A DNA stretch of 11,773 nt. It comes from Planctomycetota bacterium (lineage in GTDB: Bacteria; Planctomycetota; SZUA-567; H5-PLA8). Numbering within the stretch: position 1 is the stretch's first letter; every line of letters begins with the position of its first letter. The stretch is taken from NCBI GenBank assembly GCA_045863855.1, contig BTVV01000164.1, positions 1 to 11,773 of the forward strand. The letters run 5' to 3'. This document shows, piece after piece, positions 1-6,906 of this stretch. Under the pieces are notes generated by a model, which saw only the letters and a program-made list of their open reading frames with translations, had not been told where the DNA came from and made no database searches. The position numbers and the translations under genes are program-made.

Positions 1-482
1 AGCGCATTGGCTCCTTTGAATTTCTTCCTTGTCCAGAACTTGCTGGCAGCAATACCAAGCGGAATTCCCTCGGAGGTCAGCACGAGACTGGAGTGCATAA
101 GCACGCCGCATAAGGTACGTAGCCGCGGATGTCCCTCCTTATTCTTGCCTGCGCAGATCGTTTTGGTTTTACCAATCAGTTCAGGGTGCTCCCGCTTGTA
201 GGATACCTCGGTTGTATCGTGCACTACGAAAACAATTCCCGACGTGGCTGCGAAACGTGCGCGCGTGGCCTCAAAATGGCCCGCTAGAATAGAGAATTCA
301 TCTACGCGTGGGTTGTCGAAAAATCGGTATGCTGCCTTTGTACCAGCCCAATCCTGACAGGCGAGCGGAATGGGCTTGCCAAGCCCATCGGACAAGCTCT
401 TAACAAGTCCCTGCAGTCGTCTCTTCAATCGAACATCAGGAAGAATGCATTCTTTCAACTCCTTCTCAATCCATGAATCCAC
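1..482 (-). CDS. IS4-family (IS50/Tn5-like) transposase, N-terminal part; continues beyond the left edge of the window
   Basis: Hand translation, open from GTG 482 (GGAGG 7 nt upstream; in-frame ATG at 503 also possible) to base 1: DSWIEKELKECILPDVRLKRRL...PIPLACQDWAGTKAAYRFFDNPRV...VVHDTTEVSY...CGVLMHSSLVLTSEGIPLG...FWTR. The W..EL/D.RL.RR, KAAYRFF.N and HDTT motifs are typical of Tn5-like transposases. Not in the ORF track because no stop lies inside the window. Confidence 0.93.
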   Translation of the reverse strand, partial: MDSWIEKELKECILPDVRLKRRLQGLVKSLSDGLGKPIPLACQDWAGTKAAYRFFDNPRVDEFSILAGHFEATRARFAATSGIVFVVHDTTEVSYKREHPELIGKTKTICAGKNKEGHPRLRTLCGVLMHSSLVLTSEGIPLGIAASKFWTRKKFKGANA

Positions 483-583
483 GGGCAGACCTCCGCCCCC
501 CATTAGGCAGGGGGCCGCTGCAAGTCCATAGGTGCCCGTGTTTAAATCGTCTCCTTCCGACTTTCTCTTAAGCCGTCAGGCCA

Positions 584-602
584 ATTTGTGGGTAATTGAA
601 AG
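584..602 (-). repeat. Terminal inverted repeat of the IS50-like element
   Basis: Reads CTTTCAATTACCCACAAAT on the - strand, 12/19 identical to the IS50 outside end CTGACTCTTATACACAAGT, including the terminal CT and the TTA..CACAA core. Lies about 100 bp upstream of the transposase start. Confidence 0.8.
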
Positions 603-618
603 CCGAAAATGCCCATCT
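603..618 (+). repeat. Remnant of IS66 left inverted repeat (about positions 9-24)
   Basis: CCGAAAATGCCCATCT aligns 10/16 without gaps to positions 9-24 of the reverse-complemented right IR (TCGAGAATCGGCGTCT). It begins immediately after the IS4 end. Confidence 0.6.
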
Positions 619-664
619 CGCCAAGGTCGATGTCCGTGGCATGCTTTGCGGCGGGAGGTGGCGC

Positions 665-1063
665 ATGGCACGGAAAGCAGAGGAGCAGGGCGCGATGGCG
701 GCCCGGCGTATGGCGCGGGAAGAGGGTTGGCGCAAGCATCTCAAGGCGTGGGGCGGTAGCGGGCTGAGCCAGGCAGAGTATTGCCGACGGCATGGGGTGA
801 TGGCCGCCGACTTCTCCTGGTGGAAGCGCGAACTGGCTCGGCGGGACCAGGCACGACGGCCCAAGCAGGCAAAGTTCGCCGGATTCGTGCCGGTCCGGCT
901 TCCGGTAGCCCCAATGGGCGCTGGCGTCGTCGTTCGGGGCCAGCCCGAGGGCGACTGCGAGGTACTGCTGCGAAACGGCCGATGTCTTCGTATCGGCGGC
1001 GGCGTTTCGATTCAGCGGGTGGTGGAGTTGGCGGTAGCGCTGGAGAGCGGCCTTCCGTGCTGA
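665..1063 (+). CDS. tnpA: IS66 accessory protein TnpA (HTH)
   Basis: W..HL..W..SGLSQAEYCRRHGV...FSWWKREL, FVPVRL and EVLLRNG..LRI are typical of IS66 OrfA. ATG 665 follows GGGAGG. The track start at 596 lies inside the IS4 end. Confidence 0.9.
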   Translation: MARKAEEQGAMAARRMAREEGWRKHLKAWGGSGLSQAEYCRRHGVMAADFSWWKRELARRDQARRPKQAKFAGFVPVRLPVAPMGAGVVVRGQPEGDCEVLLRNGRCLRIGGGVSIQRVVELAVALESGLPC

Positions 1064-1401
1064 TGCTCTCTCCGGCGGTGAAGATCTTTCTTTGCGCGCA
1101 GCCCACTGACATGCGGCGCAGTTTCGACAAGTTGGCCGAGATGACGCGCTCGGTGCTGCTGCAAGACCCTCTGAGCGGCCATCTTTTCGTCTTTTTCAAC
1201 AGGCCCCGCGACCGCGTGAAGATTCTGTTCTGGGATCGCAGCGGTTTCGTTCTGCATTACAAGCGTTTGGAGGAAGGGTATTTTCGCCCTCTGTCGAAAC
1301 GGGAACTCAGCGCGGCCGAGCTGACCCTGATCCTGGAGGGCATCGAGCTGGCAGACGCCAAGCGGCAGAAGCGGTTCATGCTTGCCGGCTCCTCGTCTTG
1401 A
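1063..1401 (+). CDS. tnpB: IS66 accessory protein TnpB
   Basis: PTDMRRSFDKL...DPLSGHLFVFFNRPRDRVKILFWDRSGFVLHYKRLEEGYF motif. ATG overlaps the tnpA stop (TGATG); GTG at 1057 is an alternative start. Confidence 0.96.
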   Translation: MLSPAVKIFLCAQPTDMRRSFDKLAEMTRSVLLQDPLSGHLFVFFNRPRDRVKILFWDRSGFVLHYKRLEEGYFRPLSKRELSAAELTLILEGIELADAKRQKRFMLAGSSS

Positions 1402-1446
1402 TGTTTCTCTTGCAGGAAAATGGAATGTCGTACGTCTTCCAATTCA

Positions 1447-3045
1447 ATGAACCCCACCGAACTGCCCGACGATATCGACGCGCTGAAGGCGCTGGTCGTG
1501 AAAGAGCACGGGCAATTCGTTCAAGAGCATGAACGCGCCGAGCAGGAGCACCACCGCGCCGAACTGTTCAAGTATCGCTGGGAGAAGATGGTTCGGCGCT
1601 ATTTTGGAGCCTCTTCCGAAAAGACCCACGAACCCTCCGGCCAGCAACTGCTCTTCCCCCTGCCGCAACCTGAACCGCAGGCGGCGCCGCCGGAAGCCCA
1701 GGCGCAGGACCAGCAGGAAACCAAGCGTCACGGCGGCGGACGCCGGAAACTGCCGCCGGATTTGGTCAGGCAGCGCATCGAGTACACGGTGCCCGAGAAC
1801 GAGCGGCGTTGCCCATGCTGCGGCGAGGTCATGCAGCCGTTTGGCGAGGAAGTCAGCGAGCAACTGGAGTTCTGCCCCGCGAGCCTGTTCGTCATCGAGC
1901 ACACGAAGATCAAGTACGCCTGCGCCGAAAAGTGCGCCGAGAAGCCCCTCACCGCGCCCGGCCCGGAGAATGTGGTCGACAAAGGCCTGGCCGGCCCGGG
2001 CTTGCTGGCGTGGAACGTGGTCTCGAAGTTCGGCGACCACCAGCCCAACTACCGGCAGGAAAGCATCTTCGAGCGGCACGGGCTGGAGATTGCGCGTTCG
2101 ACGCAGTGCGGCTGGCAGGCGACGGTTGCCGACCTGCTCAAGCCGCTCTACCAACGCATGATCGATCTGACGTTGCGTTCGGGCAAGCTGCACACCGACG
2201 ATACGCCGGTGCGCGTGCTGGCGCCCGGGCGCGGGAAGACTCGGCAAGCCCGGTTCTGGGTCTACTGCGGCGACGAAACGCATCCGTTTACGGTCTTCGA
2301 TTACACGCCCAGCCGCAGCCGCGATGGGCCGGAGAAGTTCCTGAAAGGCTTCGAGGGGTATCTGCAGGCGGACGCGTATACCGGTTACAATCGCATCCTG
2401 GCGGGCTCGCGCATCCAGGAGGTCGCGTGCATGGCGCATGCGCGCAGATACTTCTTTGACGCGCAGGACACCGATGCGCGGGCCGGCCAGATGCTGGAAC
2501 TGGTCCGGGAGCTTTATCGCATGGAGCATGTGGCCCGGCCGATGATAGAAGATGCCCGGAAACAGCCGTGGGGCATGCGCGCAGCCGCGCTGGCGTCGGC
2601 CTACGCGTTGCGATTGCAGTTGCGCCAAACCTATTCCGTGCCGGTGTTGGCGCGCATGAAAGCCTGGATGGACGCTCGTGCGCTGGACACGCTGCCCAAG
2701 AGCCCCTTGGGCGAGGCGCTGACGTACGCCCTGAACCAGTGGGAGGCGCTCCAGCGATTCACGGAAGACGGCGCCTTGGAGATCGACAACAACATCGCCG
2801 AGAACGCATTGCGCCCAATCGCCCTCGGCAGGAAGAACTACCTGTTCATGGGCAGCGACGAAGGCGGACGCCGGGCGGCCATCCTTTACTCGCTGGTCCG
2901 AAGCTGCGAGCGCCACGGCCTCAACGCCTGGGACTACCTCCGCGACGTCCTGACCCGCATCAGCTCGCACCCCGCCAGTCAGATCGACGAACTTCTGCCG
3001 CACCTCTGGAAACCAGCTACACAGCCCTCAGCCGCGCCCCAATAA
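1447..3045 (+). CDS. tnpC: IS66 DDE transposase TnpC
   Basis: LPDDIDALKAL N-terminus, RRYFGASSEK, Zn finger CPCCG...YACAEKC, LHTDDTPV, YLQADAYTGY, CMAHARRYF, EIDNNIAENALRPIALGRKNYLF, IDELLPHLW. Frame intact; alternative start at 1420. Confidence 0.97.
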   Translation: MNPTELPDDIDALKALVVKEHGQFVQEHERAEQEHHRAELFKYRWEKMVRRYFGASSEKTHEPSGQQLLFPLPQPEPQAAPPEAQAQDQQETKRHGGGRRKLPPDLVRQRIEYTVPENERRCPCCGEVMQPFGEEVSEQLEFCPASLFVIEHTKIKYACAEKCAEKPLTAPGPENVVDKGLAGPGLLAWNVVSKFGDHQPNYRQESIFERHGLEIARSTQCGWQATVADLLKPLYQRMIDLTLRSGKLHTDDTPVRVLAPGRGKTRQARFWVYCGDETHPFTVFDYTPSRSRDGPEKFLKGFEGYLQADAYTGYNRILAGSRIQEVACMAHARRYFFDAQDTDARAGQMLELVRELYRMEHVARPMIEDARKQPWGMRAAALASAYALRLQLRQTYSVPVLARMKAWMDARALDTLPKSPLGEALTYALNQWEALQRFTEDGALEIDNNIAENALRPIALGRKNYLFMGSDEGGRRAAILYSLVRSCERHGLNAWDYLRDVLTRISSHPASQIDELLPHLWKPATQPSAAPQ

Positions 3046-3050
3046 CGCCC

Positions 3051-3074
3051 AGACGCCGATTCTCGAACGCTTAC
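3051..3074 (-). repeat. IS66 right terminal inverted repeat
   Basis: Reverse complement GTAAGCGTTCGAGAATCGGCGTCT, 5 nt after the tnpC stop. GC content drops immediately after it. Confidence 0.9.
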
Positions 3075-3260
3075 GATGTTTCCTGGAGCTTCGCTTTTGG
3101 CCCATCCCCTACCCTCACGGCCATGGAACAGGTATTGTGGTTACAGCATCTCTACTTTCAAGGCTACGATTACTTTGTTCTACTCGATTTGCGTTCTGGA
3201 TACGGGCGCAACGGCTCCTAGGTCCAATCTGGCGGAATACACGAGGAATCAGTCGAGCTC

Positions 3261-3542
3261 CTAAATTAACAGCCCGAGCATTAGTGTCGCACCTACGCTG
3301 GCAATCACCAGTTGGAAAGCGGCATCAGAACGGTTTTCGGACCGCTCTAGCATGGGATGAAACCAAACAGGCGTACACTTATACAAGAAGAGGTCCATAC
3401 GATCCGGTCCGACGCCTGGACGCCATACATCTTTCAGCAAATGAACGACGATACCCAAGATCGCCATCCCGCAGGCCTGCAATAGCACGGCACTGCTGGC
3501 CAGGAAAATGACTTCTTGGGCGCTAAGTCCACGAGGAATCAT
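3261..3542 (-). CDS. Small hypothetical membrane protein (93 aa, two hydrophobic segments)
   Basis: Strong SD (AGGAGGAG, 6 nt before the ATG). Hydrophobic stretches VIFLASSAVLLQACGMAILGIVVHLL and AAFQLVIASVGATLMLGLLI. Same strand as its neighbours. No family recognised. Confidence 0.55.
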   Translation of the reverse strand: MIPRGLSAQEVIFLASSAVLLQACGMAILGIVVHLLKDVWRPGVGPDRMDLFLYKCTPVWFHPMLERSENRSDAAFQLVIASVGATLMLGLLI

Positions 3543-3648
3543 TACACGCTCCTCCTATTGGCACGGACCTATAGAATCGAGGACTGACCATCGACCCGAG
3601 CAGCCTGTGGGGGCATCTCGGATCCCCGTTCCCGTAAGGTTACTTCGC

Positions 3649-3990
3649 CTACCTGGCGCTGAGGCCAAGGAACGCATGAACGAAGCAGGCGAAATCGCCA
3701 AGGTCCTTCCGGTCTTGGCCCAACTTCTCTCGCCACTCGGTATCCCAGCCTGCCTTGCTCATATACTGGCTCAACGCATTGCAGTATGAAATGAAAGCGT
3801 CGTGAGCCGCGGTGCGTGACTCGTTTCGATCGGCTCGATCGGAAATGCTTAGCAGAGCCCATTCGGCTCTAATATGCGCATACCGAATAGCGGCGCCATA
3901 AAAGTTGCGGCGCAGTGCTGAGAACTCTGGATGTTGGCGGCCTGCCGCTTCGATCGTTCTGAATGCCTCTCCCGCTTCCAAACTGGTCAT
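3649..3990 (-). CDS. Conserved-looking helical hypothetical protein, possibly DUF3232-like (113 aa)
   Basis: SD AAGGAGAG before the ATG. The motifs RYA.IRAEW, RTAAHDAFI..CNALSQY and DRKDLGDFACF resemble a widespread small-protein family. The DUF3232 label is from memory and unverified. Confidence 0.75.
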   Translation of the reverse strand: MTSLEAGEAFRTIEAAGRQHPEFSALRRNFYGAAIRYAHIRAEWALLSISDRADRNESRTAAHDAFISYCNALSQYMSKAGWDTEWREKLGQDRKDLGDFACFVHAFLGLSAR

Positions 3991-4295
3991 GCGCTCTCCT
4001 TCTCGGTCAGAAATTCACGCTCCAGTACATAGAAATTGCCGGTCACAATCCGATACAAGTTTCCCTCATCTAATCGGGTGGAAGGACAAAACGACCAGCA
4101 TTGGAACTTCCTCTATGGTACGCACTTACCTGCAAATGGCGCGTCGGCAAGAAATGGATTGGGCCCGTGTACTATGGCTGCGCAAAAGTTCTACCGATCC
4201 ATGAGCCCAAGCCAGGAATTGCTCAATGGAGGGCCCTAAGGTCGTGATTTCCAAGCCTTCGGCTAGCCCTATTAGGTAACCTTGTTCCTGCGGCA

Positions 4296-4958
4296 CTAAA
4301 AATACTCTTTGATTTTTATAGCGGCATCTTGCTTATGCTTTTCTTTAATGTGGCTGGCTACGATCGCAAGCGTGGCACATAGGACGCCTAAATCGTCCGT
4401 ATAGCCGAAACCGGGAATTACGTCTGCTATAATGTCTACAGGGAATATGAAATATCCCAAGGAACCTATAATCAAGCTACTTGCCCATGCTGGGGTGTCT
4501 GAATCCATGAGTACGTAATATAGAATTAGTGCCGTTTCAAGAACTTGACGGCCGGCCTGCATGGCGTACGCCGACACTTTGGCCCAAAAATCGTCTTTAG
4601 TGTAATGTTTTGCATATTGATTTTGAAACTCCTCCACCTCGCAGGCGTTTTTCTCAGGATCCCAAGTGATGGTTCCCCCCTGAAAATTGCTCCTTCGCCC
4701 CTTACCTTGAGCCACTCCCTCCTCGTCAGATATTGGATAGCCAAGATTACCTTTCTCCCAACCGCGTTCACCCCACTTGTCTCGAATGGCTCCATGTACC
4801 TCATAGGCTCCGGCATTTTCATGCCAATAGATATGACCATGTTGAAATTCGCGGTACCGCCCGACTCCATCAGGACAGGACTTTTCTTCGGCGACTGCAT
4901 CCCCGAGAAAGCCACTCTTGCCCCCAAGAGATTCCCACTTCTTGGTAATTTCGCTCAT
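4296..4958 (-). CDS. LGFP-repeat / YkvA (DUF1232) fusion protein (220 aa)
   Basis: Two LGFP-type repeats (ITKKWESLGGKSGFLGDAVAEE...FQHGHIYWH and VHGAIRDKWGERGWEKGNLGYPISDE...FQGGTITW), then a YkvA domain (FWAKV...AG..VLETALILYY...TPAWA...GSLGYFIFPVDIIADVIPGFGYTDDLGVL). ATG 4958 follows GGAGAGGG. Confidence 0.9.
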   Translation of the reverse strand: MSEITKKWESLGGKSGFLGDAVAEEKSCPDGVGRYREFQHGHIYWHENAGAYEVHGAIRDKWGERGWEKGNLGYPISDEEGVAQGKGRRSNFQGGTITWDPEKNACEVEEFQNQYAKHYTKDDFWAKVSAYAMQAGRQVLETALILYYVLMDSDTPAWASSLIIGSLGYFIFPVDIIADVIPGFGYTDDLGVLCATLAIVASHIKEKHKQDAAIKIKEYF

Positions 4959-5098
4959 GGGTATGTCCCTCTCCAAGGCTTTCCCGCAAATGTTCCAAAC
5001 AGAAGTTCAACACTCAGGTATGGGCAACTACTTGAGGTAAACCTGTCTGTCCCGTTGCCGGCTTTGTTGATTTTGGGGCGGCAATCCGCCTCCGTACT

Positions 5099-5560
5099 TC
5101 AATACTCCGTTGCTTGCTTCGAGTTCCGCAGCCGTTCGATTTCGTTGCGCATCTTCTCCATCTCGACCTGCTGCTGCTCCAGCAATTTCAACATGCGAGC
5201 CTGCTGATGAACGAGCGCGGCTTGTTCCGCCATCGACTGCTCGGCCTGTACCTGACCAAGCCCCCTGTTCGCCGGCAGGGGCGAGTAAGCGAGCCCAGGG
5301 CTCGCTACCGCGCCAGGCACCCCGCGTGCCGCCCGCTCTTCGTTCGCCCAGAAGGCGCCGACGGAACCGGGTTCGTAATTCTCGCTCTCGAACGTGCGGT
5401 ACGGCATGCCTAGTCCGTTCGTCTGGGCGGTGCTGTTGCCGTAGCCACCCGTACGAAAGTAAAAGAAGCCCACGGCGAGCAGGATCCACCATCCCCAACC
5501 CCAGCCGCCTTTGGTTTCTTCGGGTTCCTCGATCTCCTCGTCGTCCCCCTCTTGCCTCAT
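5099..5560 (-). CDS. Hypothetical membrane-anchored protein with C-terminal coiled coil (153 aa)
   Basis: SD AAGGAG 7 nt before the ATG. Acidic N-terminus, TM-like GWGWGWWILLAVGFFYF, and a Q/E-rich heptad tail (MLKLLEQQQVEMEKMRNEIERLR). Confidence 0.7.
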   Translation of the reverse strand: MRQEGDDEEIEEPEETKGGWGWGWWILLAVGFFYFRTGGYGNSTAQTNGLGMPYRTFESENYEPGSVGAFWANEERAARGVPGAVASPGLAYSPLPANRGLGQVQAEQSMAEQAALVHQQARMLKLLEQQQVEMEKMRNEIERLRNSKQATEY

Positions 5561-5718
5561 GGCAATTCTCCTTCCCCGAGGGGTAACACCTCACGACGCC
5601 TACGCACCATGTGGTGTATACCTGGGGCTTTGATAAATACAATAGTGTTGTTCACTTACTTGTATCGTGTGTGTGCACCTGTTCCTGCTCGATTCGATCC
5701 CAATCGAGAGGGGGTGCC
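5561..5718. promoter_or_regulatory. Divergent promoter/operator region between the membrane-protein gene and the XRE regulator
   Basis: AT-rich core at about 5615-5670. TACAAT at 5638-5643 (+) and TTGTAT-N16-TATACA at 5642-5615 (-). Palindromes CACCA-TG-TGGTG (5605-5616) and CTCGATT-N7-AATCGAG (5688-5708). Confidence 0.5.
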
Positions 5719-6120
5719 ATGCCGAAAATGGCGAAAGCACGGCGGCGGAAGAAGACCTCGCTGTCGCGTGCCGAGGTCGTAAAACACTTTGGCCGGCGGG
5801 TTCGGGAACTCCGTACCGGCCAGGGTATGAAACAGGCCGACCTGGCACGCCGGGCCGCGTTCAGTCTCAGCTACATTACCCGCCTAGAGAGCGGCGATGC
5901 CGAGCCCGGCCTCGAATTGGTCGTTCGGATCGCCCATGCGTTGGGCGTAGCGGTACATGACCTCATTCTGGAAACGCCGAGCGATCCGTGGCCGTCGATG
6001 GAGGCGCAGGCACGGCGGCGCCTAAACGCGATTTTAGAACGCCACGACCGCGAAGCGCTTGCCGCGGTACTGCCTGTACTCGCTCTTGCGGAAGAGGCTT
6101 CGTCCCGGCGCAGGAAATAG
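5719..6120 (+). CDS. XRE/Cro-C1 family HTH transcriptional regulator with helical C-terminal extension (133 aa)
   Basis: FGRRVRELRTGQGMKQADLARRAAFSLSYITRLESGDAEPGLELVVRIAHALGVAVHDLI is a classic HTH_3 pattern. ATG 5719 follows GAGAGGGGG; ATG 5728 is an alternative. Confidence 0.93.
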   Translation: MPKMAKARRRKKTSLSRAEVVKHFGRRVRELRTGQGMKQADLARRAAFSLSYITRLESGDAEPGLELVVRIAHALGVAVHDLILETPSDPWPSMEAQARRRLNAILERHDREALAAVLPVLALAEEASSRRRK

Positions 6121-6137
6121 GCCGCATGGTCAGAACG

Positions 6138-6401
6138 CTATGCCTTCCCCGCCAGTAGACTCCTCTCAATGGCAGACATCACCGGCTTCGAGCGATCTTG
6201 CAGTTCCAGAGTTAAATGCCGGCCGTTGACTACCAACAAGAAGCGGCTGGCCACCTTGCCGTCACGATCCTTGACCGTCAGCATCGCGCACGGCGCGGAC
6301 TCACGGCCATTGCCGTAAAATACCGGCGTTAGACCGATCATGCCTTCGCGAACCACGGGTTGATCCACGTCATCCGTCAGAGCTATTTCCAGGGTTGGCA
6401 T
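6138..6401 (-). CDS. Small hypothetical protein (87 aa, beta-strand-rich pattern)
   Basis: SD GAGGAGG 5 nt before the ATG. Protein-like composition (MLTVKDRDGKVASRFLLVVNG). Converges on the XRE gene without overlap. Confidence 0.7.
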   Translation of the reverse strand: MPTLEIALTDDVDQPVVREGMIGLTPVFYGNGRESAPCAMLTVKDRDGKVASRFLLVVNGRHLTLELQDRSKPVMSAIERSLLAGKA

Positions 6402-6748
6402 CGGGACCTCCTCGCAATGGGGTTAGCACTCCCGATCCAATTATCCCAGGAGCCCACAAGAAAAATAGAGGGAATCCATTTCGTTTCAGGCCCGGGCGTC
6501 GCCGACATCTCTCGCAATCCGGCAAGGGGGATGGGTCGAGCCAAATGACATGCCCGCAGACGTTCAAATCGCGGAGTTATTGGAACATGCCCCGCCAAAG
6601 TCGGCCGGGGAGCGCGACGGCAGCTTCCCCGGTCATGAACCGTTCTAGCCAGCACGCCAATGGGCGCTGTGCGATGTTTGGCCGGAAGGCTTCCGCGCTC
6701 TCCGGTCAATCTCTTTGAGATCCTGTCCGTGGTAAGAACTTGGTCGGC

Positions 6749-6785
6749 GAATTGGCCGGAATCTTGGCGGGTGACCGGCCAATTC
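6749..6785. repeat. Perfect 11-bp inverted repeat with 15-nt spacer
   Basis: GAATTGGCCGG (6749-6759) and CCGGCCAATTC (6775-6785); extends to 13/14 with the flanking GG/CC. Confidence 0.8.
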
Positions 6786-6906
6786 ACCTGGCTCAGTCGG
6801 TTAAAGGATGCGCTACACATAAGCAGGGTTATCGGACTTCGAGCGATGGAACTGGCCTGTAACCCCAGAGGGGCCTGTACCGTGAAACAAGCCCTCGCCC
6901 TGCCGC

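Larger units (their letters stand above)
1..602 (-). mobile_element. IS4-family (IS50 group) insertion sequence, partial (upstream end at 602)
   Basis: Transposase 1-482 plus a terminal IR at 584-602. Visibly lower GC than the adjacent IS66. Confidence 0.85.
603..3074 (+). mobile_element. IS66-family insertion sequence (tnpA-tnpB-tnpC); left end interrupted
   Basis: Canonical three-gene order. Right end ...GAACGCTTAC at 3074 (GTAAGCG- terminus typical of IS66). Only an inner remnant of the left IR is present, at 603-618. Confidence 0.95.

Noticed and set aside
370..388. Hairpin ATGGGCTT-GCC-AAGCCCAT
   Set aside because: Inside the transposase coding sequence, with no U-tract or other support.
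568..580. TTAAGCCGTCAGG as the IS66 left end
   Set aside because: Only loosely resembles GTAAGCG, lies inside the IS4 element, and its inner part does not match the right IR.
596..1062. Track starts for tnpA (596) and tnpB (781)
   Set aside because: 596 falls within the IS4 IR, and the 781 extension overlaps tnpA with non-protein-like sequence.
1444..3003. 519-aa antisense ORF and other long alternative-frame ORFs over tnpC
   Set aside because: Shadow ORFs expected from high GC3 codon bias; no motifs of their own.
3076..3789. + strand ORFs 3076-3264, 3137-3511 and 3508-3789
   Set aside because: No SD or recognisable motifs; 3137-3511 and 3508-3789 overlap better-supported - strand genes.
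3261..5560. Integron cassette array interpretation of the small genes
   Set aside because: No RYYYAAC...GTTRRRY attC structures after the stop codons, and no integrase in the window.
5028..5642. 204-aa - strand ORF overlapping the 153-aa gene
   Set aside because: Arg/Gly-rich off-frame translation; the 5099-5560 frame has the SD and a coherent architecture.
4051..5667. ACTTGTATCG 50-60 bp upstream of both the 113-aa gene (4060-4051, -) and the XRE gene (5658-5667, +)
   Set aside because: Only 10 bp and not palindromic. An overlapping 10-mer (TTGTATCGTG) also occurs inside the IS4 transposase at 212-221, so chance is a sufficient explanation.
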